From: Candidatus Eiseniibacteriota bacterium
GTDB lineage: Bacteria; Eisenbacteria; RBG-16-71-46; JABDJR01
Assembly (NCBI GenBank): GCA_963783375.1
Contig: CAWANH010000029.1
Span: forward strand, 1,216,001-1,280,000
Reading direction: 5' to 3'
Length of the DNA: 64,000 nt
Part shown: piece by piece, positions 1 through 9,882 of the stretch
How the letters are laid out: each line of letters opens with the position of its first letter
How positions within the stretch are numbered: the first letter of the stretch is position 1
Notes under the pieces: model-generated
Told to the model about the DNA's origin: nothing
The model's database searches: none
The model's input: the letters and a program-made list of their open reading frames with translations, nothing else
Program-made: the position numbers and the translations under genes

Positions 1-243
1 GGGAGGACAGACGACGTACCGTTCCATGAGGCGCTTGTCCGCGGGGGTGATGTTGTAGTCGGAAACGTCGATGCCGACGTACCGGAGGTCCGAACGATAT
101 CCCTTGTACAACGAGGCGCTGTGGTTTCCACAACCCACGTCGAGGAGCCGTGCCCCAGGTGGCAGTGTCCGGACGAAGTTGAGTTTGCCCGCGCGGTCCA
201 GATGGGACCGCAGCGTGCGCTTGAGCCAGATAACCGCGTTCAT
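1..243 (-). CDS. Class I SAM-dependent methyltransferase (5' part; runs off the window start)
   Basis: Manual translation from ATG at 243: MNAVIWLKRTLRSHLDRAGKLNFVRTLPPGARLLDVGCGNH...YVGIDVSDY; SAM motif I LLDVGCG. Absent from the ORF track because it has no stop inside the window. Confidence 0.8.
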   Translation of the reverse strand, partial: MNAVIWLKRTLRSHLDRAGKLNFVRTLPPGARLLDVGCGNHSASLYKGYRSDLRYVGIDVSDYNITPADKRLMERYVVCPP

Positions 244-429
244 TCTCGTCCTGTACTGACCGCCCGCCGGTTCTACCCGCGGCGCCTCCCACCGGACGGG
301 CGCGGCGTGGCCGGTCACCCACGAACAGCACGTCCCCGGCCTTCACATTCTCGGGCGTTTAGGACGTAACATAGTGGATCCGCCGGGCGACGTCGCGCCC
401 GGCACCAATCGAAAGCCCCGAAAGGGCAC

Positions 430-458
430 TTGACGCAATCCATGATTAGACGTAGTCT
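430..458 (+). promoter_or_regulatory. Sigma70-type promoter of the fur/perR gene (probably leaderless mRNA)
   Basis: TTGACG (430-435), 17-nt spacer, TAGTCT (453-458); ATG at 467 lies 8 nt after the -10 and has no SD. Confidence 0.7.
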
Positions 459-460
459 AA
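446..460. promoter_or_regulatory. Per/Fur-box-like operator 1 (TTAGACGTAGTCTAA)
   Basis: 15-bp inverted repeat TTAGAC-GTA-GTCTAA overlapping the -10 of the regulator gene; near-identical copy at 921-935. Confidence 0.75.
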
Positions 461-466
461 ACATCG

Positions 467-886
467 ATGCCGACACAGCACGACAAGATCCGGCTCCTCC
501 GGGACCATGGAATCAACCCCTCCGCCCAGCGGGTGGCGGTGGCGGACTACGTGCTTCACACCCAGGACCATCCCTCGGCGGACGAGGTCTGGACCCGGGT
601 GCGGAGCCGCTTCCCCCACATCTCGCGGGCCACGGTCTACAACACCCTCAACCTGTTCGTCGAGAAGGGGCTTCTCCGGCAATTCGTCCTCACCGAGGGG
701 AGGATCGTCTTCGACCCGAACGTCGGGGACCACCACCACTTCATCGACGAGGACTCTGGGCAGATCTTCGACATCCCATGGGACGCGGTGAAGGTCTCGG
801 ACGTCGGGCGGCTCCCCGGCTTCGACGTTCGCGAGTACCAGGTCGTGATGCGGGGAAGGCGGGACCGGACACGGGACCGCGATTGA
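467..886 (+). CDS. perR: Fur-family transcriptional regulator, likely peroxide-sensing (PerR-like)
   Basis: Fur motifs HPSADEV, ISRATVYNTLNLF, HHHF; directly upstream of catalase; lacks the structural CxxC Zn sites. Confidence 0.85.
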   Translation: MPTQHDKIRLLRDHGINPSAQRVAVADYVLHTQDHPSADEVWTRVRSRFPHISRATVYNTLNLFVEKGLLRQFVLTEGRIVFDPNVGDHHHFIDEDSGQIFDIPWDAVKVSDVGRLPGFDVREYQVVMRGRRDRTRDRD

Positions 887-920
887 GCGGGATGGCCGGC
901 GCATTCTTCTTGGCCTTGAT

Positions 921-935
921 TTAGACGACATCTAA
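921..935. promoter_or_regulatory. Per/Fur-box-like operator 2 (TTAGACGACATCTAA)
   Basis: TTAGA-N5-TCTAA, 30 nt upstream of the catalase ATG; shares TTAGACG and TCTAA with operator 1. Confidence 0.75.
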
Positions 936-965
936 CAGCGGACAGTGTCCAGAAAGGAAGACATC

Positions 966-2423
966 ATGGCGAAGCCAGAGAAGCTCACCACCTCCGGGGG
1001 AATCCCGGTGCCCGACAACCAGAACAGCCTCACCGCCGGCGAGCGGGGACCGCTCCTGGTGCAGGACTGGCAGCTCTTCGAGAAGCACGCCCACTTCAAC
1101 CGGGAGCGCATCCCCGAGCGCGTGGTCCATGCCAAGGGCTCGGCCGCCTTCGGAACCCTGACCGTCACCCACGACATCACCCCCTACACCAGGGCGAAAC
1201 TCTTCTCCGAGGTGGGGAAGCAGACCGAGTGCCTCCTCCGCTTCTCGACCGTGGCCGGAGAACGCGGCGCCGCCGACGCGGAGCGTGACGTCCGGGGCTT
1301 CGCGCTCAAGTTCTACACCGAGGAAGGCAACTGGGACCTGGTGGGCAACAACACCCCCGTCTTCTTCGTCCGCGATCCCTACAAGTTCCCGGACTTCATC
1401 CACACCCAGAAGCGCGATCCACGGACGAACCTCCGGAACCCCACCGCGATGTGGGACTTCTGGTCGCTTTCGCCGGAGAGCCTCCACCAGGTCACGATCC
1501 TTTTCTCCGACCGCGGGCTTCCCAAGAGCTACCGGCACATGAACGGCTACGGTTCCCACACCTACAGCCTGATCAACGCCGAGAACCGGCGGGTCTGGGT
1601 CAAGTTCCACTTCAAGACCGTGCAGGGGATCGAATGCCTCACCGACCAGGCGGCGGCGGGCCTGGTCGGCGGAGACCGGGAGAGCCACCAACGGGATCTC
1701 TATGACTCCATCGAACGCGGCGATTTCCCCAAATGGAAGGTGTACATCCAGGTCATGACCGAGGCGGATGCGGAGCGCGCCCCGTTCAACCCCTTCGACC
1801 TCACCAAGGTCTGGCCCCACGGCGAGTACCCGCTGATCGAGGTGGGGAACCTGGAGCTGAACCGGAACCCGGAGAACTACTTCGCCGAGGTGGAGCAGGC
1901 GAGTTTCTCCCCCGCCAACCTGGTGCCGGGGATCTCGCACAGTCCGGACAAGATGCTTCAGTTCCGCATCATCTCCTACGCGGACGCGCACCGGTATCGG
2001 CTGGGGGTGAACTACGAGTCCCTGCCGGTGAACCGGCCCCGGTGCCCGGTCCACACCTACCACCGGGACGGGTCCATGCGATTCGACGGGAACGGAGGCG
2101 GCGACGTGAACTACGAGCCGAACTCGATGGGCGGACCGGTCGAATCCCCCGAGGCCAAGGAGCCGTCGCTGGCGATTCACGGCGCCGCCGACCGCTACGA
2201 CCACCGGAAGGGAAACGACGACTACACCCAGGCCGGCGACCTGTTCCGCCTCATGAGCCAGGCCGAGCGGGGGCGTCTCATCCAGAACCTGGTCGCCGCC
2301 ATGAAGCCGGTTCCCCGGGAGATCCAGGAGCGCCAGATCGGCCACTTCATGAAGGCCGACCCGGAGTACGGGAAGGGGGTTGCCGAGGGCCTTGGTTTGC
2401 CCTCCCCCACCATCGGGGACTAG
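966..2423 (+). CDS. katA: Monofunctional heme catalase (small subunit)
   Basis: [15 protein letters not shown] active-site signature, [39 protein letters not shown] proximal Tyr; purine-rich AAGGAAG before ATG 966. Confidence 0.97.
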   Translation: MAKPEKLTTSGGIPVPDNQNSLTAGERGPLLVQDWQLFEKHAHFNRERIPERVVHAKGSAAFGTLTVTHDITPYTRAKLFSEVGKQTECLLRFSTVAGERGAADAERDVRGFALKFYTEEGNWDLVGNNTPVFFVRDPYKFPDFIHTQKRDPRTNLRNPTAMWDFWSLSPESLHQVTILFSDRGLPKSYRHMNGYGSHTYSLINAENRRVWVKFHFKTVQGIECLTDQAAAGLVGGDRESHQRDLYDSIERGDFPKWKVYIQVMTEADAERAPFNPFDLTKVWPHGEYPLIEVGNLELNRNPENYFAEVEQASFSPANLVPGISHSPDKMLQFRIISYADAHRYRLGVNYESLPVNRPRCPVHTYHRDGSMRFDGNGGGDVNYEPNSMGGPVESPEAKEPSLAIHGAADRYDHRKGNDDYTQAGDLFRLMSQAERGRLIQNLVAAMKPVPREIQERQIGHFMKADPEYGKGVAEGLGLPSPTIGD

Positions 2424-2710
2424 CTCGATCCATCCATGAACCGGGCGCCGCGACGGGGGATTCGAGCCGGTGGGGACTTCGGGAGCGACTCGGCCCGGCG
2501 GGCGGCAGCCGGGGCGACGGGGAGCCGGTAGCGCCACCCGGCACCCAGGGTCGTCCCGTTCCAGGATTCAGCGTTCAGGGTGGCGCCCGGCATCAGGGCC
2601 CTCCGCCCGCAGCCCAGGCCTCGCTGTAGCGCCCGATGCTGATCGGTCCTCCAAGATCGGTGGTCCGGTACATGCCGGGAGGCTGGAGCCCGCGGACAAG
2701 GACCGGTCGG

Positions 2711-3223
2711 CTATTTCGACCCGCCGGCGGTCTCTTTCCCCGGCGGTGTCCCACCGCCTTCGCGGATCATCTTTTCCAGCGTCGGACGCTCGGGGTTCTC
2801 CGGATAGAGCACGAGGGCACGCTCGAGGTAGGGTGCGGCCTCGGACTTGCTGCCGACGTAATAGAGCGACGCTCCGAGATTGATGTAGGCGGGGTAGAAG
2901 GTGGAGTCGGCGGCCACCGCCTTCCGGAAGGCGTCGATCTCCTTGTCCTTCCACATCGAAGCCCTCACCACGTTGTACTTCCAGCGGTAGGCCATGCCCA
3001 GAAGGTTGTAGCCCACCGCCGAGGTCGGCTCGAGCCGGATCCCCTGCAGATAGGCCGCGATGGCCTGATCGTAGTCCTTGTCCTGGAACCGTTCCGCGCC
3101 CTGATCGAAGTACTTCTGCGCGGTCTTGGCCGACCCCCCGTGGCAGCCCGCAAGGAGGATCCCCAGCAGGACCGCGAAACCGATGGGGAAGGCGAGCCGT
3201 CGATCGGCGGATATCCACCTCAT
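2711..3223 (-). CDS. TPR-repeat lipoprotein
   Basis: Lipobox LLAGC; TPR helices (DQAIAAYLQGIRLEP, YINLGASLY, ERALVLYPEN). Confidence 0.8.
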   Translation of the reverse strand: MRWISADRRLAFPIGFAVLLGILLAGCHGGSAKTAQKYFDQGAERFQDKDYDQAIAAYLQGIRLEPTSAVGYNLLGMAYRWKYNVVRASMWKDKEIDAFRKAVAADSTFYPAYINLGASLYYVGSKSEAAPYLERALVLYPENPERPTLEKMIREGGGTPPGKETAGGSK

Positions 3224-3304
3224 GCGTGTCCCTCCATTTTCAAGCGGCGGTCAGGCCACGATGACCGGGGTGTAGGCGGTTCACGACCCGTTCCGCGCCG
3301 GGTC

Positions 3305-4231
3305 CTAGGGCAATCCGGTTTCCTGGGACCTGAAGCTCAACCGCCTCCCCAGGAGCGCCGCCACCGCCCCGAAGAGGACCGTCACCACCAGCGAAGCCTC
3401 GGGCCCGAATTTTCCGCCGGCCAGAGCCGGCGAGAGATCCCCGAAGGAGACCCGCAAGAGCGACGGCAATGAAAACCCGCTCAACTGGGCGCCCAGGATC
3501 ATCCCCACGGTGAGGTTCCATCCCGCGTGCAGGCCGAAGGGGACCTGGAGTCCCCCGGAGATTTCCCGGAGCTGGCCGATGACGATCCCCACCAGCACCA
3601 GGTTGACCCAGGGGAGGAAGCCCGCCCCGGGATTGCTGGAATGGAAGAACGCGAAGACCAGGGCGGTGAGCAGGATGGCGCGCCCCGCGGTCAGCTCCTC
3701 CCGGAGGTTCACCCACAGGTATCCCCGGAAGAGCCACTCCTCCGCGAAGGACACCAGCACCACGACCGTCGCCGACACCGCCGCCCAGATCCAACCCGAA
3801 TCTCCGAAGAGCTCCGGCTTCAGGTGCCGGCTCCCCGCCGCGCTGATGAAGAGCACGGTGACCGCGGCCAGCACCACCCCCAGCATGAATCCCCAGCCCA
3901 CGCTTCCCGTGCGGTGGCCCGACCGTTCCCCGATCCCCAGGGATCCGAGGGGACGCCGGTCGATTCCCACCGTCATCACCACCACGGTCAGAAGGGTCAT
4001 CAGCGCCTGCCCGGCCAGATAGCCGGCCCGCACCCGCGGCTCGCCCAGGATGCGGCTGATCTCCGCCGCCGCGGCGTCGGGGGCGCCCCGCCCGTTCGCC
4101 GCCGCGTCCAGGGCGCCGGTGGCTCCCAGGTAGATCACCGCAAAGACCATGGTGAGCCCGGTGAAGAGGACGAATGACAGCACCATCCTCCCCCACAACG
4201 CCCGGATCCGGGGCCCGTCGCCCGCGGTCAC
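3305..4231 (-). CDS. CPBP/Abi (CAAX) family intramembrane metalloprotease
   Basis: EEWLFRGYL, FAFFH and LHAGWN motifs; multiple TM segments. Confidence 0.9.
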   Translation of the reverse strand: MTAGDGPRIRALWGRMVLSFVLFTGLTMVFAVIYLGATGALDAAANGRGAPDAAAAEISRILGEPRVRAGYLAGQALMTLLTVVVMTVGIDRRPLGSLGIGERSGHRTGSVGWGFMLGVVLAAVTVLFISAAGSRHLKPELFGDSGWIWAAVSATVVVLVSFAEEWLFRGYLWVNLREELTAGRAILLTALVFAFFHSSNPGAGFLPWVNLVLVGIVIGQLREISGGLQVPFGLHAGWNLTVGMILGAQLSGFSLPSLLRVSFGDLSPALAGGKFGPEASLVVTVLFGAVAALLGRRLSFRSQETGLP

Positions 4232-4246
4232 GCCCCCCCCATGGGA

Positions 4247-6901
4247 TCAGGCCCCCACCTCTTCCTCGACGGAAAGGGAATCGCCCGCAGGCCGGAGCAC
4301 CGCCAGGGCCATCCGCTCCGGGTCCACGTAGGCCGCGGCGGCGTCCCGGGCCATTTCCCCGGTGACCTGCCGCACCTCGTCCACGTAGCGGAGCGCCTCC
4401 TCGTATCCCAGTCCCAGGATCTCATCGTGGGCGTAGGTGGATGCCCAGGACATCCGGGACTGCATGTCGATGAGATAGGACCCGGCCAGGTTGTTCCTGG
4501 CCCGCCGGAGTTCCTCGTCGCTGGGAATGGTCTTGACCGCCCGGTCGATCTCTTCCAGGAGCGCCTGGGTCGCCTCCTCGACCTGCTCCGGTCCCGTCCC
4601 CACGTAGGCCCCGATGGTCCCGCCGCGCGAGAGCGGCGCCACGAAGGCCCCGGTGAAGTAGCACAGGTGCCGCTCATCCCGGAGCCGCGTGAACAGCCGG
4701 TTTCCCATCCCGCTCATCACGCCGTTCCAGACGTCCAGGGCGTAGCGGTCGGGGGAATCCACCGAGGGCCCGGCGTAGCCCAGGACCACCACCGCCTGGG
4801 AGACGTCCTTGTGGAGATCCGCCCGCACGCTCCGCTCCGGCGGGGTCACGGGGAGGATGGGAAGCGGCGGCTCCTCGCTCCGGGGAAGGGCGGCCATCGT
4901 CTGCTCGAGCATCCGGAGCATGGCGTCCCGCTCGAAGTCCCCCACCACGCTCACCACCGCCCGGGCGGGGTCGTAGATCCCTCGGTGCCGCCGCCGGAGG
5001 TCGTCGGCCTTCATCCGGCCCACCGCCTCCTCGGTGCCCATGACCGGCCGCCCGTACGCGTGGCCGGGGAAGATGAGCCGGAAGAACTCGGACAGGGTGA
5101 ACTGCATGGTGTCGTCACGGAGCGACGCGATCTGGGACAGGGTGCGGTGGCGCTCCCGGTCGATCGCTTCCTCCGGAAAGTCGGGGGAACCCAGGACGGT
5201 GCGAAACAATTCCATGGCCTGGGGCATGTCGTCCCGGACCGCGCTCAGGCTGAACCCGCTCACGTCCCGGCTGGCGAAGGGACGGAGCCTGACCCCCATC
5301 CGCTCCACCGCCTCGGAGATCTCCGCCGCCGTCCGCCCCCCCGCGCCCTTCATCATGCAGGTCTGGGTGAGCTGGGTGATCCCCGCCTCCTGGGAACTCT
5401 CTCCCCCGCTCCCCACCGGAAGATACGCGGCGAGGGCGGTCAGGGGGAGCCGGCCGTCCTTCTGAAGGAACACCCGGGTGCCGGTATCGAGGGTGATCGC
5501 CTCCACCGTCTCCCGCGGCGCTCCCGACGCCTGGGGAACCTTGCTCTCGGCGGTCACCCCGTTCGCCTTCTGGGCGGGGAGCCGGAGCGACGGGGCCACC
5601 GCCTCCCGCAGCCGGTCGTAGATCGCCCGGGGAGCCGCCGGGTTCCGGTGCTGCTCCGCCGGCGCGTGAACGTAGATCGTGGCCTGCTCCAGGTTCAGGT
5701 AACGACGGGCCGCTTCCTGGACCCGCGCCGGGGTCACCCGGCTCATGCGTTCCAGATAGGTTCCGGCCAGCCGGTAGTCGCCGAGAAGGGCGTAATGGCC
5801 GAGCATGGCCGCCTGACCCTCCATGGTCTCGAGGGTATAGAGGGTGTCGCTTCGCACCGCGCTCATGGTGCGCTCCAGTTCCGCCGCGGTGGCGGTTTCC
5901 ACCTGGAAGCGAACGATCTGGGTCATCACCGCCTCCAGGGCGGCGTCGGTCTTTTCCGGCTCGGCGGTGAACTCCACCGCCAGGTATCCCGGCTCCCGCC
6001 CCGAGCTCTCGAGGAGGTGCGAGTTCAGGATCAGGTCCTGCTCCTCGCGCACCCGGTTGTAGAGGCGGCTGGACCGCCCGGCGGCCAGGATGTTGGCCAG
6101 CACCATGAGGGAGTCGGTGTCGGGGTGGAGCTGGGGCGGGATATGGAAGCCGATCTTGACGTAGGACTTCTCCACGTCCCCCGAGGTCTCGCGATACCGA
6201 AACGATCCCTGGGGCGGCTCGGGCGGAGAGACATCGAAGTCCACTTCGCGTAGCGGCCACCCTCCCAGCTTCTCCTCCACCGCGTCGAAAACGTCGTCCG
6301 CCTTCACGTCCCCCACCACCACGTAGGTGATGTTGTTCGGAACGTAGTACCTCTCCTTGTGGGCCAGGATCTGATCCCGTCCCACCCGCAGGAGATTCTC
6401 GTCGGGGCCGCCGATCGGCCGCTTGTACCGGTGGGCGGTGAACGCCTCGTCCAGGAGGTGCTCCCAGGTGAACCCGTACCCGTTGGGCCGGTCCCGGTAC
6501 ATCTCGTTCTCCTTGATGAGAACCTGGCGCTCCTTCTCCAGCTCGAACTCGTCGAAGGTGCTTCGCTGGAGCACGTCGGCGTGGATGTCGAGGGCCACCG
6601 GGAAGTTCTCGGTGGGGAGCGTGATGTAATAGTTCGTGCTCTCGTAGCCGGTCCCGGCGTTGGTCTCGCCGCCGGCATTGGTGATCTCCCGCGCGATGTC
6701 CCCGGGACCCCGCCGTTCCGTTCCCTTGAACAGCATGTGCTCGATGCCGTGAGACCACCCCGCGATGGCCTCGTCCTCGTTCAACGACCCCACCCGCACG
6801 AAGAAGTTGAGGGCCACCACCGGAGCGCTGTGGTCCTCCCTCACCAGGATCTCCAGACCGTTGTCCAATACCTTGCGTTTGACGTCTTCGAACAGAACCA
6901 T
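4247..6901 (-). CDS. M16 family zinc peptidase (two fused M16 modules)
   Basis: HGIEHMLFKGT (HxxEH) in the first module; the second module lacks the motif; SRLYNRVRE and NRLFTRLRD. Confidence 0.93.
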   Translation of the reverse strand: MVLFEDVKRKVLDNGLEILVREDHSAPVVALNFFVRVGSLNEDEAIAGWSHGIEHMLFKGTERRGPGDIAREITNAGGETNAGTGYESTNYYITLPTENFPVALDIHADVLQRSTFDEFELEKERQVLIKENEMYRDRPNGYGFTWEHLLDEAFTAHRYKRPIGGPDENLLRVGRDQILAHKERYYVPNNITYVVVGDVKADDVFDAVEEKLGGWPLREVDFDVSPPEPPQGSFRYRETSGDVEKSYVKIGFHIPPQLHPDTDSLMVLANILAAGRSSRLYNRVREEQDLILNSHLLESSGREPGYLAVEFTAEPEKTDAALEAVMTQIVRFQVETATAAELERTMSAVRSDTLYTLETMEGQAAMLGHYALLGDYRLAGTYLERMSRVTPARVQEAARRYLNLEQATIYVHAPAEQHRNPAAPRAIYDRLREAVAPSLRLPAQKANGVTAESKVPQASGAPRETVEAITLDTGTRVFLQKDGRLPLTALAAYLPVGSGGESSQEAGITQLTQTCMMKGAGGRTAAEISEAVERMGVRLRPFASRDVSGFSLSAVRDDMPQAMELFRTVLGSPDFPEEAIDRERHRTLSQIASLRDDTMQFTLSEFFRLIFPGHAYGRPVMGTEEAVGRMKADDLRRRHRGIYDPARAVVSVVGDFERDAMLRMLEQTMAALPRSEEPPLPILPVTPPERSVRADLHKDVSQAVVVLGYAGPSVDSPDRYALDVWNGVMSGMGNRLFTRLRDERHLCYFTGAFVAPLSRGGTIGAYVGTGPEQVEEATQALLEEIDRAVKTIPSDEELRRARNNLAGSYLIDMQSRMSWASTYAHDEILGLGYEEALRYVDEVRQVTGEMARDAAAAYVDPERMALAVLRPAGDSLSVEEEVGA

Positions 6902-7016
6902 TCCGAGTCCTTTCTTTCAAGTCATACCGAGAATTTGAATCTGTCGAATGGGCCGGATTCGAGGCGCCGCCCGATGCCCGGCGCGACTGCGGCTCGGGCG
7001 GCCCCGAAGCACGGCT

Positions 7017-7535
7017 TCAAACCAACGGATAGGCGGCCATGAGCGTGAGAAACCCGATGACCGCGCCGATGACCAGCTTGACCGCGGTCGCCACCGCCCG
7101 TCCCAGGAACGCCCCCGTCCCCGCCCGCGCGCTCTCCCGGGCCTTCCGCCCCCCCAGAACCTCCCCCGCGAAAGCCCCCACGAAGGCGCCGGCGAAGGCC
7201 CCCACCAACGAACCCAAGACGGGAATCCATGCCGTGCCTACCGCCGCGCCCACCAACCCGCCCACGAAGGTCCCGATCATACCCCATCGGGTGGCTCCGA
7301 AGCCTCGGGCCACGAACACCCCCAGCACCGCCTCCACCACCTCGCCCAGGACCGCCAATCCCAACAGGATGAACCAGGTGAGGAGTCCCAGGTGCTGGAA
7401 GTGGCCGATCCAGGCCACGATCAGCGCGAGCCCCAGGAGAATGAAGTTCCCGGAGAGCCCGAGGACCACCGCGGCCATCCCTCCCACCACCGCCAGGTGG
7501 AGGAGAATCACCAGGAGGACCCGGAGGACGATCAT
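7017..7535 (-). CDS. DUF456-like membrane protein
   Basis: Gly-rich hydrophobic helices with GATRWGMIGTFVGGLVG and GAFVGAFAGE...ARAGTGAFLG patterns. Confidence 0.75.
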   Translation of the reverse strand: MIVLRVLLVILLHLAVVGGMAAVVLGLSGNFILLGLALIVAWIGHFQHLGLLTWFILLGLAVLGEVVEAVLGVFVARGFGATRWGMIGTFVGGLVGAAVGTAWIPVLGSLVGAFAGAFVGAFAGEVLGGRKARESARAGTGAFLGRAVATAVKLVIGAVIGFLTLMAAYPLV

Positions 7536-9814
7536 CGCCCCCCGTCCGCGCCGAGGTGGCCCCTCATGGCCCCGATCAGCCGACGGGCGAGAAGTCCCAT
7601 CTCCGACGTGCTGTCCATCGCGGCGTAACGGCCGATGGTGGCCATGGCCTTGGCGGTGTCGCCCGCGGTCAGGTACATGCGTCCCAGGTTGAAGTAGGGC
7701 TCGGGCCGCCGGGGCGCCACATCGATGGCCTGCCGGAAGGCTGCCTCGGCGGCGGCATGGCTTCCCAACTGGTTCTGGGTCGTCCCGAGGTTGATCCAGG
7801 CTTCGGCATCCCGGGGCCTTTGCTTCACCACCTTGTCCAGGTAGCCCAGGGCCTCCTCCGGGCGATCGAGCTGCATGAGCAGAACGCCCAGGTTGTAGGC
7901 TGAGTTCAGGTCGTCGGGATTCAGTTCCATTGCTTCCCGGTAGGCGTCCACCGCCGACAGGTAGTCCTTTCGGGCCACCTGGAGCTGGCCGATGTTGGCC
8001 CGGACGTCGGCGTTCCCGGGGAAGAGCCGCATGGCCTCGGCCAGGGTGGTATCGGCGCCGCCGAAGTTCCCTCGGTCGCGGTCCATGGCGGCCAGGGTCA
8101 GGTACGCCTCGAGATAACCGGGGTTGAGCGCGATGGCTCGGCGGTACTCCACCGCCGCCGAGTCCGCCTTCCCGAGCGCCCGGCGGACGTTGGCCAGACG
8201 AAAGTGCAGAACCTCGTCGTCGTCGTTTCGGGCCACCGCTTCGGCCAGCACCGTCTCCGCGTCACCGGGGTGGCCGGAGTTCACCAGGATGGTGGCCAGG
8301 TTTCCCGCCGCCCGCGTATTGCCGGGATCGGCGTCTACCGCCACGCGATAGGCGGTCACCGCATTGTCGCGATCTCCGCGCCCGGTGAACCACAGGGCGA
8401 TCTGCTCGAACGCGTAGGACCGGGCGAAGGGCGTGGCCGGGCTGGCCGGACCGTAAAGGGAAGCGAAGTGGAGCATGGCCCGGTCCGGGGCCGCGTCGAC
8501 GGCGATCCAGGGGAGGGTATGGAAGAAGCTCGCGCCAAGCAGAAGCCCGGCCATGGCGCCCGCCAGTCGAGGTCTCGCCACCGCCCACTCCACCCGGGCC
8601 ACCATGACACCCGCCGCCATCACGAAGGGAACGGTGGCCACCGCGAAGAGGTCCCAGCTCCTGGCCGCCCCGATCTCCCGGCCCAGGAAGAACGAGAACA
8701 CCCACCAGGGGAAGCCGGCCCAGAGGAGGAAACGCCCCTCGCGGCCCAGACGGCCTCGGACGCCGAACAGAAGCAGCAGGATCACGAAGAGGGCACCGAA
8801 GGGGCCGAGGAGCATCTGCTCCTGGAACCAGTCGCTCCAGTGCCGGAGGCTCAGGAGCGTGTAGGGCAGATGGCCCCCCGCTTCCCCGGTGAACGGGAGG
8901 AGGCCGGAGAAGTATCGGCCGAAGACATCCTGGAGCGCGCCGGGGATGGTCCCCAGGAACACCACCCCGGCGGCGATCACCAGGATCGGCGGGACCAGGC
9001 CGAGCATCCGCCGCCCCCGGCCTCCCGCGGGGTTCGTGCCCTCCACCGGCTTCGGCCCCCTCCAGAGCGCGTAGGCCAAGGCGGGGAGAAGGAGTACGGC
9101 GGTCACGCTCACCAGGGGAGCCGCCGCGGCCAGGAGCACCGGTCCCCACATCCCGCCCCGCCCCATGAGATACGCCACGGTGAGGGCCAGGAACCACACC
9201 GTCACCAGGGCCAGGACCGGGTAGGTTTCGACGTAGCCGTAGAAGAGCCGGGTCAGGCCGGCCAATGCGAGCAGGCCCACGATGAGTACCCGGCCCCAGG
9301 TCGAAGCGGCCACCCGGCGAGCGAACACGAAGGCCCCGAGGAGATACCCCACCCCGCAGGCCACGCTCACCCCGGCGAAGGTGAGCGCCGGACTGGGGGA
9401 TCCCAGGAGACGGTTCACCGCGACGTTGGCGAATACCGCCGCGGGCTCGGCGTGCCAGGGGTAGCGTCCCATCGCCACTCCCCGAATCCAGAACTCGCCG
9501 TCCCCCAGGAAGTAGGCCCGTTCCCGGCCGACCCAGAAGAGCACCGCTCCCACCACGGCCAGGAGCGCGGCGGCCACGGGAGCGGAGAGCTTCACCGCGC
9601 GGAGCCCGGCGCCCCGGAACCAGCCGAGGAGGAAGATGAGCAACGCCCCCAGTCCCCCCGCGGTCAGCCATCCCGAGGCGAGATACCCGTAGTGGTGGAC
9701 CCCCCACGTTCCCGGGGTCGGGTGCTTCGCTCCCGCAATCTGAAGGGCGACGGTCAGGGCCGAGGCGAGAAGAACCAGGATGAATGCGCGCACCGGTGGG
9801 GGCTCCTTTCCCAT
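7532..9814 (-). CDS. Multi-pass membrane protein with C-terminal TPR array (GT-C/TMTC-like architecture)
   Basis: Likely start MGKEPPPVRAFIL at 9814 (the ORF extension to 10711 overlaps the neighbouring gene); about 11-12 TMs with YFLGDG, FYGYVETY and RSWDLF loops, then about 8 TPRs. Confidence 0.7.
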   Translation of the reverse strand: MGKEPPPVRAFILVLLASALTVALQIAGAKHPTPGTWGVHHYGYLASGWLTAGGLGALLIFLLGWFRGAGLRAVKLSAPVAAALLAVVGAVLFWVGRERAYFLGDGEFWIRGVAMGRYPWHAEPAAVFANVAVNRLLGSPSPALTFAGVSVACGVGYLLGAFVFARRVAASTWGRVLIVGLLALAGLTRLFYGYVETYPVLALVTVWFLALTVAYLMGRGGMWGPVLLAAAAPLVSVTAVLLLPALAYALWRGPKPVEGTNPAGGRGRRMLGLVPPILVIAAGVVFLGTIPGALQDVFGRYFSGLLPFTGEAGGHLPYTLLSLRHWSDWFQEQMLLGPFGALFVILLLLFGVRGRLGREGRFLLWAGFPWWVFSFFLGREIGAARSWDLFAVATVPFVMAAGVMVARVEWAVARPRLAGAMAGLLLGASFFHTLPWIAVDAAPDRAMLHFASLYGPASPATPFARSYAFEQIALWFTGRGDRDNAVTAYRVAVDADPGNTRAAGNLATILVNSGHPGDAETVLAEAVARNDDDEVLHFRLANVRRALGKADSAAVEYRRAIALNPGYLEAYLTLAAMDRDRGNFGGADTTLAEAMRLFPGNADVRANIGQLQVARKDYLSAVDAYREAMELNPDDLNSAYNLGVLLMQLDRPEEALGYLDKVVKQRPRDAEAWINLGTTQNQLGSHAAAEAAFRQAIDVAPRRPEPYFNLGRMYLTAGDTAKAMATIGRYAAMDSTSEMGLLARRLIGAMRGHLGADGGR

Positions 9815-9882
9815 GGAAAAGCCCGTAGATGGTACCGGTCGGAGGAGGCCCGCCTCAAGCCCGGGCGGCAACCGCTCCCCCG

